The position numbers were made by a program, and so were the translations under genes. The notes under the pieces were generated by a model. That model was given only the letters and a program-made list of their open reading frames with translations, did no database searches and had not been told where the DNA came from. This document shows, one piece after another, positions 32,710-45,901 of a DNA stretch of 64,000 bases; position 1 is the stretch's first letter; every line of letters begins with the position of its first letter. Source of the DNA: Trichoplax adhaerens (taxonomy: Eukaryota > Animalia > Placozoa); the NCBI RefSeq assembly GCF_000150275.1, contig NW_002060944.1, forward strand, positions 4,034,123-4,098,122, read 5' to 3'.

Positions 32710-33092
32710 CTTTATAGCAAATTTTGACTTTTCGTGATTTTATAAAGTACAATTCGAAAGTAATATTACTGCCTTTTAACTTCCAATGTCTCAATAATTC
32801 TGACAGCTTTTGTGTTATGCTGTGGTGGCCATTACAGCAGGCATTGAATGTGACCGGCAACGGACAGGCGTACAGATGTACGTATGCAGACGCACAGTAT
32901 ATGCCCAACCAGCACGTACGCTTAGATCAACTGGAGTTACCATGCAGGTCAAGCCTTCTATACGTTACCATAGTATGCATTCACGATTGCCGTACTACTT
33001 TGTCGTATTCTACTATACAGTCTACAGTACTGTATATTGTTGCTGTTCTTGGTTTTAGTCCAACGCTAGCAACCATAAGAAGATTGCCTGAA

Positions 33093-34438
33093 ATGAGAAT
33101 CGACATCAAGTTTAGGTAAGTCAAGTAAATTAGAAATGCTTTCACCGTGAATAGAATATCATGCAAACAGTGAAAGCAGTAGAGTTACGTCTAGTTGCAG
33201 CAGTAGGTAGCTTGTGCAATAGATAGACAAAATGTGCGGCACCAGCTTGAATGCTGCAAGTTCTGCAAAGGACCTGCAGCTCATTGCAATGCAAGATCAT
33301 GATACTCGCAGAATCCTGTAGTAGGATGTATCATTCTAGATTAAATAAGTATAACGCAAATTTAAGTGTAAAGTTACTAACATAGCATTCATGTAACATT
33401 CAATGGCATCCAGTGAATTATGTAGCAGATAAAAAATGTGCAGCTCCGGAATTTTGTATATTACAGACAGCTAATTTGTATAGTACAGTATGCTGCGATG
33501 TTTGAAAGACCTTGATAGAATATGTTGCGTATGATAGCAATTTACATGACTATAATATACTGTACATTAAATATATGTATTTGCAACACAAAGGACTATG
33601 GAGACTAGCGTATTAATTAAAATCCATGTACGAGTATAATGAAAAAGAGTTCAATGCTACGTATATGCTTGTCTTATATATTATTCTCTCTGTATGTACG
33701 CGTATATGATGGCAGCGGTGGAGCCGAATTGCTCTTTAATAAAATTACCCATCACCAGGTGGACCTATCTGACGACATTGAATGTAGGGATTTCTCGATT
33801 AACTTGGCTTAATACTGCTATACTTTTATTATAATTATCATTACAATCATCCTTTACCCAAGAAAGAATTATTGCCAACAAAATTCATGTGCATTTATGT
33901 TACTGTGTGTATTTGTCATAGGGGACATGAAGAAGCTCATTAGCTGGATTAAAGAGAACCTCTTGCAGGAAAGACCTGAACTCTTTGTACAAGGAGATAG
34001 TGTGTAAGTAAAATACTAATAAGAGAGCAGCCTAGTCAATAATTTCGAAATTCATAGTTTGATTAGCTTTATAACTCCGGTAATCGTCTGCATGTTTAAA
34101 TGTGCGTAGTCCAAGTATTCATAATAAAGTAACAGACTACCTTTGCAACTTTAGGCGACCTGGTATTTTAGTATTAATTAATGAATCAGATTGGGAATTA
34201 CTGGTAAGATAATGAAAATTGATAATCTATTAGGGTAGATATACATATGAATATGTATATGTATTTATTTACCATAAATCGTATTGCAGTTATAATGATG
34301 CTTAAACTGCTAGTTCGTATTCACACCTATATACACGTACGATGATATTGAAACATAATCTAATTACAGGGAGAGTTGGAGTATCACTTGGAAGAAAATG
34401 ATTGCATACTATTTATTTCAACTCTACATGGCGGCTGA
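33093..34438 (+). CDS. URM1: Ubiquitin-related modifier 1, 5 exons
   Basis: Spliced product [17 protein letters not shown]...[58 protein letters not shown], with the diagnostic C-terminal STLHGG. Confidence 0.97.
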
Positions 34439-35960
34439 TAATAATCAACTAGTACTATGTACACGGAATGCGTAACGGTAAAAAACATTTTTGCACAATA
34501 CGAGGTCATGCAATAAAATATTGTCATTATAAATGAATCGTTGGTAGCCAGTGGTAAAAATTTTGTATAGCACGAAGGTATGCAGGAAGATATTGCCGTT
34601 ATAATTAAATCGTTAGTAGTCACTCTTAATAAATCGATTAGTTACAATTAATTAAAATCACCATGTCCGCGTTTATTCTCTTATAAAATAATTGTTTACT
34701 CCTGAAGCATGTTAATGCAATGTACTACGAAATTTTTTACTGAAAATTTTTCTGACCGATATAGATTGTATCATACTATAATAGCAAATAAATTAATGCA
34801 ATATTGAATAAAAATTAACTATTAATTATAATATTGTACATTTATAACTCTTAATACTCCAAAAGGATATATAGTAATTATTATCATTAATACAATGACG
34901 TAACGCTTTTGGATAGCCTAGAAATACGATAAAGCTGATTTTTACCTGAAAATATTAGTCAAATTCTCCATAATAAATAGAATGTTACACCTTTTTAGTG
35001 CATTCAATCTACTTTTTTATTCTTTAAAGATAGTACAAAATAAAGTACCGTTACTTGTGGAGTGTGGTTGGCATTATGAAACCGCGTACTTATTGTACTT
35101 AAAGTATTTTGTGGACAAAGGTATACTCTGTAAGTTATTCTCCGAAATCATGTACTAATACACACAACCAGAACGATCAGCCAGGGACCTCATTTAGTGC
35201 ATTAAAATATGAACTTAACGGTAATATTAGCTAAGCTATGATAATGTAGTTACACGTGGAATATAGCATTTTTGTTGCGTTTAATTGAGCTTGATCAAAA
35301 TGCGAAGACATAACAAACAATGTTAGCGTACGAGCATAATTTTTAAACTTAAAAAGTTATAACCTATAATTCTTGATACCGATATTCTTGAATTACTTCA
35401 CAAATGTAAATATTAATGCCCTTAAAGTTTTATATTACAACTAAATATAGCCCGATCTTAACACTGTAATCCCTTGAGATTATTTACATTTTTGATAAAA
35501 CGTGAGATCAAACACCTTCAAAAATAAATTAACAGATGTTACATTTCCTTTAATCTCCTATAAGCATTATATATATATACATAGGTTAACATAGGTTATA
35601 TATAAATTAAGAAGTCCTTATTTACGAAATCTCACAATAATAAATATACAGAAATCTTAATTTTTATAGCGTGTCTTATGGTAAGCGAGGCAGAACATCT
35701 TTAAAGTGTAAGCAAGGGTAAGAATACTACACAGGATTTGTGTTAATATCATACATAGAGATACGTATATAAGAAAAACTATTAATGTTAAGATTTTCTT
35801 GTCTTTCCTTGGCATTGTGTAATTAATTTATTCAAAATAGAAAATTAACTATGCTCTAATCACTTATATGGGTAACAGATAATTTCATTGCCAGAGATAG
35901 TGCTACTCTCGCTCCTTTATAACATTATGAACCCTATTTTTAAAAATAATTTACTACATT

Positions 35961-36890
35961 TCAATTATAACGGCATCTACAAATTTTATGAATAGCTTGC
36001 TTATATCCTATACGAAAATCCTTACTTCGATATGCGTATAAGACTGGATTAATAGCAGAGTTACAGAATACTAACGCTGAAGATGTAAAGTAGACGCCAT
36101 CAGGTACTATTACTTTAGATATTGGTATAATAATAAATGCTAATAAACTCCAAGGCGCAATACAGATTAGAAATGCAATAAATATGATAAACATGGTTGA
36201 AGTGACGTTAGCCTTATCCATAGCTGTAGGTGATTGAAAACCATCACAAATCATATCTCTCCGTTTCCTTGAAAGAAAGAGAAAAATAAACAAGTAGCAG
36301 TAAGTAATAACAATTAGAGGTATGGCGAAATCGATAACAGCATCATAGATGCCCCTAGCTATTCCACTTATGCTATTTCCATTCCAATCGGGAACGCAGC
36401 CTTTCTCAATGTCTACATAAACACTTTTACCCCATCCAAGAAACGACACAGCCGGTACTAAAATACATGTTGCCCAAATAATACCAATGCAATAGTATGC
36501 ATGTCTTGACTGTAATTTTTTAGATTTTACAACCACAAGATAGCGTATTATAGCTATCCACATTAAATTGTGAATAGAGCCGATAAAGCCCATACCTCCA
36601 ATTTGTACATGAATAGCACAACCAATTTCACCATAAAATTGTCTATCAGCTATGATATTGACTAAATAGAGTGGTAATTGAAATAATCCATTAATAATGT
36701 CGAGAATAGCTAAATTCATGATAAGATAGTTTGTTACAGTCTGGGTTGCATTACGTCCATATTGAGAAATAACAATAATAACTAAGCTATTGCCAATAAC
36801 AGCGGCTATAGCGATAATAATAAAAATAGTAGATTTAATAACAATAACTTCCAATGGTGTATGATGAGTTTCGTTAGTTCTATTATCCAT
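35961..36890 (-). CDS. Intronless class A (rhodopsin-family) GPCR, copy 1, intact 309 aa
   Basis: Seven hydrophobic segments. GN in TM1, LAxxD in TM2, IRY at the DRY position, GWG...GCVPDW in ECL2, NPVLY in TM7, helix-8 FR; N-terminal sequons. Confidence 0.93.
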   Translation of the reverse strand: MDNRTNETHHTPLEVIVIKSTIFIIIAIAAVIGNSLVIIVISQYGRNATQTVTNYLIMNLAILDIINGLFQLPLYLVNIIADRQFYGEIGCAIHVQIGGMGFIGSIHNLMWIAIIRYLVVVKSKKLQSRHAYYCIGIIWATCILVPAVSFLGWGKSVYVDIEKGCVPDWNGNSISGIARGIYDAVIDFAIPLIVITYCYLFIFLFLSRKRRDMICDGFQSPTAMDKANVTSTMFIIFIAFLICIAPWSLLAFIIIPISKVIVPDGVYFTSSALVFCNSAINPVLYAYRSKDFRIGYKQAIHKICRCRYN

Positions 36891-39240
36891 TTTCGATAAC
36901 GAAGATCTTCACGATTCGATCAGTCTTAATAGTATAGGATCGTTGAATAAGTCAAACAGAACTAGAAAGAATGTAAGCCAATTTTTTACATTAGGTTGTA
37001 ATATATACGCGTACGAGAGTTTTTATCAGATTACTACAAGAAAATATCTACTAATAGGTTTAAAAACGACAATCGTAACACAAATATCGCTGATTTCGAT
37101 ATACAATTCATTTGCATCAATCGAATTACCATGTGTAATCGTATACTGTAAGTGTATACTAAAGTTAAAATATTATAATATTTGAGATTTTAATCTATTT
37201 TGTATTGTGTCGAAAGGATATGAAAATGTCGATCAGATAATTTTGAACTAGTGTAAGTAGTAATATACAGTAGAATAACGAACGATATATATGATTAATC
37301 ATAGCAATAAGTTTAGAACATTAAAACATAATAACAAGCTTGCTTACAATATTCCGCTATTTTTATAACTATCGAGACAAGTACAGCTTGATACCCAAGT
37401 ACAGTCAATCCTAAAATTAAACATCGAAGAAAAGTCTTAAGCGAGAATCGATCTAGAGTAATATTTTAGTAAATTCTTACTCACGGTATGTCACATACCT
37501 AAAGCAATATTTTAGTAAATTCTTACTCACGGTAGATTAATAATGACACACAAAAGTAAGCTGTATGAGTTTTACCTTATATACGGTATTTCGAAGATTA
37601 ATCTCGGCCTACATATAACCTATATAACAGGATGCGTATTCAATACATACCAGTAGACTAAAGAATACTTTCATGCTTAAACAAACCAATAAAATTGTAC
37701 ACATACGTACATAACACTAATAAATCAGACAAAGTTTAACATTAGTAAATGAACTTGTAAAAACTATTTGCTATGATTGTAATAAAATCATTTAAGTAAA
37801 AGTTCAAAATTTTCCTCTATTACTTTGTGTACGCGTTTAATAAGAAAAAAAATATAAGACCTTAGATAGATTTAGCCATCGTGACTTAAATGGCGATTTA
37901 GTTATAGCACTGGAGTCTGTTAAAGTATAATCTTCTCTCAAATTACATGTACGCATTAAACAAGCTATAATATCGGACTGTAGAATGATTATATTTAATT
38001 ATTATTACCCAATTAATCATACCTATAATATCTTGTCAACGAAGCAATTGATCAGATAAACTCTAATTTGATATAGTCCTCTTTTAAATAGGAATACAGA
38101 ATGACGGTGAAGCTGTGGTTCGAGAAGGGAATCGATTAAGAATAGTCATAATACGCATTCATCAAATTAATCATTGTTCAAATGGAAGACGGTTTTTAAG
38201 AATATTTTTGTGTTGGTTTTCCGTTTTGTTTAATATTAATGTAATAATTTAAAGACATGAAAACTAGCTGTTATTAGGCTTGATGGATCTCGACTTTAAC
38301 AAATCAATTTTTCAATTAATTATTGACGGCCAACATATGTAAGTTATTCTTCTAGTTTTACTAAAATTAATTCTTTCAGTGTTTATATCTAAATGCTATT
38401 GCCATAGTAAATTCAATTTTATATCATTGCAGATCATCTTCGGTATCGTCATCATAGAGACGGTGGAATTCAAATTTAATGATTATTATTACGCTTCTAT
38501 GCTTTAAATGATTTATTGGTCGATCTACCAATTAAATTAGCGTAGTTACTTTGCAGATAAACATTCGATATTGTATCATTTTAACCTAATTAGTTATAGA
38601 CAAAATTCTCGATGAAAGTTAATAAGTATTTGATAGTAGCCAATAGAATTGAGTACTTTAAAATAATTTTATTTTTAGTTCATTTTATTACCATAAAGTA
38701 TGGCGTACGTGCAAATAATAAACATCTTGATATCTATTCAAATAGATTACAAAATAGCCGTTTCTAAATATAAGGTAGCCAATGTAAATATATAGCGGCT
38801 CACCTACGGCAACATTATCTATAATATCGAAAAGAAATTATCTTTTCTATACGTAGAGCTAGTTACTAACAATTTACTTAAGAGGTGATACCATATCCAC
38901 ATACTCTGCTAAGTAAAATATTTTCGCTTAATACAATAATTATATCTCATCATCTAATTTTTTAAAGATGATATAAGCTTAGTTCTTGTTTTAGTTATAA
39001 GTTCCATCAGCAATCTTGAAATCAAGTCATACTCCCAACTGCTATTAGCAAATAGAAAAAGCCTTTGTCGATTATCAAATTATCTACATAGTTCAATAAT
39101 CGTTTTTATTTTAGTTATCACTCCACTTCTATAAAATTCATTTGCAATAAGCCTTTTACACAAACAGGAAGATTTTAATTACTCGTATTTTCCTCTTCTA
39201 TATTCTACTAAATATATTACGTCCATAAGAATTAACGGAA

Positions 39241-39690
39241 ATTTGGATTTTAGTATACAGAGTAATTAGATGGCGCTACTTCCCAAATAAACTCCAACTG
39301 CGTTACTAACATATTTGTATCATAGAATTTGAAAGAGAAAGTTCTTAAAAGTAAGAATTCCGAGTATTGTACTAGTTCTTATTATATTAGATACATTGCA
39401 AAGATTTAACGGGTATTTTGATTTTAGTTTACAGAACAATTAGATAGCGTTGTTTCTCGAATTAGCTCCAACTGTCTTGCTGACATATTTTTAATGCAGA
39501 TTTTTAAAGAAAAACAACTTTAAAAGCGTATATTCTGAGTATTACGCTTGTTCCTATTACATTATATATACTATACAAGATTTAAGGGACATTTCGATTT
39601 TAGTTTACAGAGCAATTAGACCATGTTATTTCACAAATACGAGTAAGTTCCAGCTGCCTTGCTGATATGTTTTTAGTGTAGACTTAAAAA
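39241..39690. repeat. Diverged ~175-bp tandem repeat x3 within the GPCR duplication unit
   Basis: GATTTTAGT(A/T)TACAGA..AATTAGA...CTCCAACTG-like motif at ~39246, 39420 and 39596. The homologous unit at ~44230-44500 has two copies. Confidence 0.75.
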
Positions 39691-40850
39691 ACAAATTTCT
39701 ATATTGACTGTAGTTTCGTGTAAACGAGATAAAAATGTAGAACAGTACCAGCTCAATCTGATTGATTTTATAATTAATTATAAGCCATTTAATATTTTAT
39801 GATCACCGATTAAGTCAAAAAACTGTCAGTGGACAGACTACGGATAGCAAGACATAGCACCCATGTTATTTCCCATACCGTCCGCATTATTCTTATATAT
39901 TTCGAGCAAAATTAAACAATAATCTCTTACCTATTGTGTCATTTATGGCCGTAGAATTTATTCTCCTAAATATTTACTAGATTTTCAATATGATATTTGG
40001 TCAGCAGAGATTTCTCTTACATGGATTAACCATAATAGAATAATTTTATCGTGAACTAAACTCTGTAGTATAGCTAGTAAATTTGAAAAATTCTTTAAAT
40101 GATATGCAGCCTATTCTTTTCAACGATAAAACTAGAAGACTGTAATTAGCATAATAGTATTAAAGTCAAACATGCTCTTGATGGTCAGAATATTGTTGTG
40201 AGCTATTTGTGCTTAATATTCTATTAGCATATTTGGGATAAGTTTATACATATAGCTCCACTAAGAAATATTTCCTATTTTCACCTAAGAGCAAGCCAGA
40301 TGTTAGTTGACGAGTGTTGAAATTCAAAAGATTAATTAATTGAATTCATTTGTAGAGTCACAATAAAGCATGTCTCCAAAAGTTCCCTGCTGATTGATGG
40401 GTAGACTAACTATTTCTATAATGGTACTTTATTTGGAGAATGATGTCTAGCATTAATAATAAAGTAAAGGTAGGAAGTATTGATAGAATGTGAGATGCCT
40501 TCAAGTTTTACAAATAGCATTTATTACATTCCCTCGATCTTCTATAGGCATGATAAATCAATCTATGAATATAAAGCCCTTATTTATAGACTTTCATAAT
40601 TGAAAGAATATCGAAATTTTGACCTCACAACGAAAGTAAGCGAAACTGAATATCTTTAAGTGTTAATACGATTAAGATGCCATGGGATTCACGTTAAGTT
40701 TATACAGTTAATTTATTAATTCATGATAGAGAATTAATTGTGACTCTAATCACTCTTAGGGATAAGAGATAATTGCATTGCCAAAAATAGTTTTATGCTC
40801 ATCCTATCGCAACATTATGAACCCTATTTTTAAATTTACTTAAAAACATT

Positions 40851-41780
40851 TTAATTATTACAGCATTTAAATATTTTATGAATAGCTAGCTTATATCCTA
40901 TACGAAAATCCTTACTTCGATATGCGTATAAGACTGGATTAATAGCAGAGTTACATAGTACTAACGCTAACGATGTAAAGTAGACGCCATCAGATACTGC
41001 CACTTGAGCTACAGGCATGATAATAAATGCTAATAAACTCCAAGGCGCAATACAGATTAGAAATGCAATAAATATGATAAACATGGTTGAAGTGACGTTA
41101 GCCTTATCCATAGCTGTAGGTGATTGAAAACCATCACAAATCATATCTCTCCGTTTCCTTGAAAGAAAGAGAAAAATAAACAAGTAGCAGTAAGTAATAA
41201 CAATTAAAGGTATGGCGAAATCGATAACGGCATCATAGATGCCCCTAGCTATTCCACTTATGCTATTTCCATTCCAATCGGGAACGCAGCCTTTCTCAAT
41301 GTCTACATAAACACTTTTACCCCATCCAAGAAAGGACACAGCCGGTACTAAAATACATGTTGCCCAAATAATACCAATGCAATAGTATGCATGTCTTGAC
41401 TGTAATTTTTTAGATTTTACAACCACAAGATAGCGTATTATAGCTATCCACATTAAATTGTGAATAGAGCCGATAAAGCCCATACCTCCAATTTGTACAT
41501 GAATAGCACAACCAATTTCACCATAAAATTGTCTATCAGCTATGATATTGACTAAATAGAGTGGTAATTGAAATAATCCATTAATAATGTCGAGAATAGC
41601 TAAATTCATGATAAGATAATTTGTTACAGTCTGGGCTGCATTACGTCCATATTGAGAAATAACAATAATAACTAAGCTATTGCCAATAACAGCGGCTATA
41701 GCGATAATAATAAAAATAGTAGATTTAATAACAATAACTTCCAATGGTGTATGATGAGTTTCGTTAGTTCTATTATCCAT
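40851..41780 (-). CDS. Intronless class A GPCR, copy 2, intact 309 aa
   Basis: Same motifs as copy 1. It differs by one residue in the N-terminal ~250 aa and by several in ECL3/TM7 and the tail. Confidence 0.93.
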   Translation of the reverse strand: MDNRTNETHHTPLEVIVIKSTIFIIIAIAAVIGNSLVIIVISQYGRNAAQTVTNYLIMNLAILDIINGLFQLPLYLVNIIADRQFYGEIGCAIHVQIGGMGFIGSIHNLMWIAIIRYLVVVKSKKLQSRHAYYCIGIIWATCILVPAVSFLGWGKSVYVDIEKGCVPDWNGNSISGIARGIYDAVIDFAIPLIVITYCYLFIFLFLSRKRRDMICDGFQSPTAMDKANVTSTMFIIFIAFLICIAPWSLLAFIIMPVAQVAVSDGVYFTSLALVLCNSAINPVLYAYRSKDFRIGYKLAIHKIFKCCNN

Positions 41781-44700
41781 TTTCGATAACGAAGATCTTC
41801 ACGATTCGATCAGTCTTAATAGTATAGGATCGTTGAATAAGTCAAACAGAACTAGAAAGAATGTAAGCCAATTTTTTACATTAGGTTGTAATATATACGC
41901 GTACGAGAGTTTTTATCAGATTACTACAAGAAAATATCTACTAATAGGTTTAAAAACGACAATCGTAACACAAATATCGCTGATTTCGATATACAATTCA
42001 TTTGCATCAATCGAATTACCATGTGTAATCGTATACTGTAAGTGTATACTAAAGTTAAAATATTATAATATTTGAGATTTTAATCTATTTTGTATTGTGT
42101 CGAAAGGATATGAAAATGTCGATCAGATAATTTTGAACTAGTGTAAGTAGTAATATACAGTAGAATAACGAACGATATATATGATTAATCATAGCAATAA
42201 GTTTAGAACATTAAAACATAATAACAAGCTTGCTTACAATATTCCGCTATTTTTATAACTATCGAGACAAGTACAGCTTGATACCCAAGTACAGTCAATC
42301 CTAAAATTAAACATCGAAGAAAAGTCTTAAGCGAGAATCGATCTAGAGCAATATTTTAGTAAATTCTTACTCACGGTAGATTAATAATGACACACAACAG
42401 TAAACTACATAGTAAGAGTTTTATCTTAATATTAATGCGCTAATTAAAGTGATTAACGTTATTAAATCCGTATATGTAATTCGTGCGCGTTAGTTATGTT
42501 ATGACAGTAACATATCCATAAATATTTATATATATCCATGGCATTTCAGGGATTAATCTCGGCCTACACATAAGCTATATAATATAACAGGATGCATATT
42601 CAACACACAGCTGAGGACTGGAGAATATTTTCGTGATTAACTACATCAATAAAGTTGTGCATATATATAGCATTAATGAATCAGACAAAGTTTAACATTG
42701 GTAACTGAACTTGTAAAAACTATTTGCTATAATTGTAATAAAATCATTTAAGTAAAGTTCGGAGTTTTCTTCTATTACCGTACTTCAAGTATAATAAGAA
42801 AAATAAAAAAGATATAAGACCTTAAGGAGATTTAATCATCGTGACTTAAATAGCGATTTCTTTATAGCACTGGAGTCTGTTAAAGTATAATCGATATTTT
42901 ATCTTCAATTTCTAATGATCAGTGTCTTCTTTCGAATTAAGCGTACACAAGCATTAAATAAGCAACGATATCAGATTATAGAAAAATTTTTACCACCCAA
43001 GTAATCATACCTATGATATATTTCAAACAATAATGTCTTGTCAACGAAGAAATTGATCCGGTAAACTCTAATTCGATCCAATTCTCTTTTTAGCATCAAT
43101 AGAGAATGATAGTAAAGCTGTGATTCAAGAAGGAGATCGATTAAGAATAGCCATTATTCGTCAAATTAATCATTGTTCAAATGGAAGACGATGTTTAAGA
43201 ATAATTTTCTATTTCTGTTCCGTTTGTTAATATTGATGTAATAATTTAAAGACCCGAAAACTAGCTCTGTTATTAGACTTGATGGATCTCGATTTTAACA
43301 AATTAACTTTTCAATTAATTATTGACGGCCAACATATGTAAGTTATTCTCCCACTTTTACTAAATTAATTCCTTCAGTGTTTATATCCAAATGCTATTGC
43401 CATGGCAAATTTAATTTCATCTCATTGCAGATCATCTCCTGTATCCGTCGTCATAAAGGCGGCATTCAAACTTATTGATTATTATTAGGCTTTTATGCTT
43501 TAAATGACTATTAGTCGATCCACCAATTACATTAACGTAGTTACATTGCATACAAACATCCGATATTGTATTATTTTGAGCTAATTAGTTATAGACGTAA
43601 ATCCTCGACTAAAGCTAATAAAGCATTTGATGGCAGCCAATAGTATTGAATACTTTAAAATAATTTTATTTTTAGTTTATTTTATTACCATAAAGTGTGG
43701 CGTATGTGCAAATAATATTCATTTTGATATCTATTTAAATGGATTGCAAATAGCTATTAATAAATATAAGGTAGCCAATGTGAATATATGCCAGCTCTCC
43801 TATTGTGGCATTATCTATAACGCCGAAAAAAATAATCTCCATACGTGGAACTAGTTACTAGCAGTTTACTTCAGAAATGATACCATATTCACATACTCTG
43901 CTAAGTAAAAATCTTTTCCTCTAATACAATAATTATATCTCATAATCTAATTTTTTAAGGTGATATAATCTTAATTCTTGTTTTAGTTATAAGTTTTGTC
44001 AGCAATCTTGAAATCAAGTTGTATTCTCAGCCGCTATTAGTAAACAAAAACGACCTTTGCAGTTAATCATATTGTCTACATAATTTAACAATCATTTTTT
44101 ATTTAGATTTCATTCCACTTCCATAAAATTTATTTGCAATAAACCTTTTACATAAAAAGGAACATTTCAAATACTCAAATTTCTTTTATCATATTCTACT
44201 AGATATATTAAGTCTAGAAGGCTTAATGGACATTTGAATTTTATTTTACCGAGCAATTACTGTAAATGGCGCTATTTCCCCCCCCCCAAATAATCTTCAA
44301 CTGCTTTACTAACATGTCTGTATTGTAAACTTTAAAGGAGAAACTTCTTAAAAACGAGTATTTTGAGAATTTCGCTCGTCCTTATTACGTTACATATATT
44401 ACATAAGATTTTATGGATATATCGATTTTAGTTTATAGAGTAATTAGATAGCGTTATTTCACAAATAAGCTTCAACTGTCTTGCTAGTATATTTTTAGTG
44501 TGGACAAGATAGAAGTTTAGTACAGTGCTAACTCAATCTGATTGATTTTATAATTAATTATAAGCCATTTAATATTTTATGATCACCAATTAAGTCAAAA
44601 AACTGCAAGTGGACTGACTACAGACAGTAAGACATACCATCCAAGTTGTTTCCCATACGGTCTACATTATTCTTACATATTTCAAGCTAAATTAAATAAT

Positions 44701-44994
44701 AATCTCTTATCTATCGTATCTTTTATGGCTGTAGAATTTATTGTCCTAAACATGTACTAAATTTTCAATATAGTATTTGCTCAGAAACTGAATGTTTTCA
44801 AGTGTAAACACGAATAACAACAAGCCATAGGATTCAAGTGAAGTTTGTGAAATTAATTTATTAATTCATGACAGAGAATTAAGCATGATTTTAATCACTC
44901 ATAGAGATAACAGATAATTCCATCGCTAGAAATAATACTGTGCTCGTTCTATCGCAACATTATCAACACTATTTTTAAACTTGCTTTAAACATT

Positions 44995-45901
44995 TCAATT
45001 ACAACCCTATCTGTAAACTTTATAAATAGCTGGCTTATATCCTGTATAAAAACCCTTACTTCAGTATTCAAATAAGAACGGATTAATAGTAGAACTACAA
45101 AATACTAGTACTGGAGATATAAAGTAGACGCTTTTAGGTGATAATATGCCTTATCTATTGGCATCACAATAGCTGCTTATAAATTCCAAGATACGTACTA
45201 GACTAGAAATGCAATAAATACGATAAACATGGTCGAAGTAACGTTAGCCTTATCCATCGCTGTAGATAATTGAAAAGCATTACAAATCATACGCTTTGCT
45301 TTCCTTTAAGAAAGGGATAAATAAATAAGTAGCGATAAGTAATAATAATTCAAGGTATAGCAAAACTGATAATAGCTTCATAGATGCCCTAACTATTCCA
45401 CTTATGCCATTTCGTCTCCAATCGGGAACACAACTTTTCTCAATTTAACATGAATACTTTTACGCTATCCAAGAAACGACACAGCCGGCACTAAAATACT
45501 CGTACATGTTATCCAAATAATACTCAAGCAATAGTATGCATGTCTAGGCTGTAATTTTTAGATTTTACAAGGATAAAGTAGTATACGATGGCTATCCACA
45601 TTAAATGGTAAGTAGAATCGATAAAACATACATCTCCAAGATAGGAATGAATGATACAATCAATTTCACCATAGTATTATCTATCGGCTATGATATTAAC
45701 TAAATAGAGAGGTAAGTGAAGTCCATTCGTAAATTCATGATAATATAATTGGTTACAGTTTGTGCTGAACCATATTGAGAAATGACGACAATGAATAAGC
45801 TATTGCCAACAACAGCGGCAATATCGATAATAATACAAATAATAAACTTGATAACAATACCTTCCAGCGGTGTATGAGTTTCGCTAGTTCCATTATCTTT
45901 T
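44995..45901 (-). pseudogene. GPCR copy 3, pseudogene
   Basis: Colinear with copies 1 and 2 (THTPLEGIVIK, GNSLFIVVISQY, PDWRRNGISG). The start ATG is replaced, TM2 has a deletion, and there are multiple stops and frameshifts. Confidence 0.9.

Noticed and set aside
32724-33119. 131-aa ORF across the SURF1/URM1 promoter
   Set aside because: Only its last codons are URM1 exon 1; the rest is promoter with a non-ATG start.
36943-37185. Identical 80-aa ORFs at 36943 and 41833
   Set aside because: Non-ATG start. The identity is explained by the homogenised tract, and the ORF is not kept in other units.
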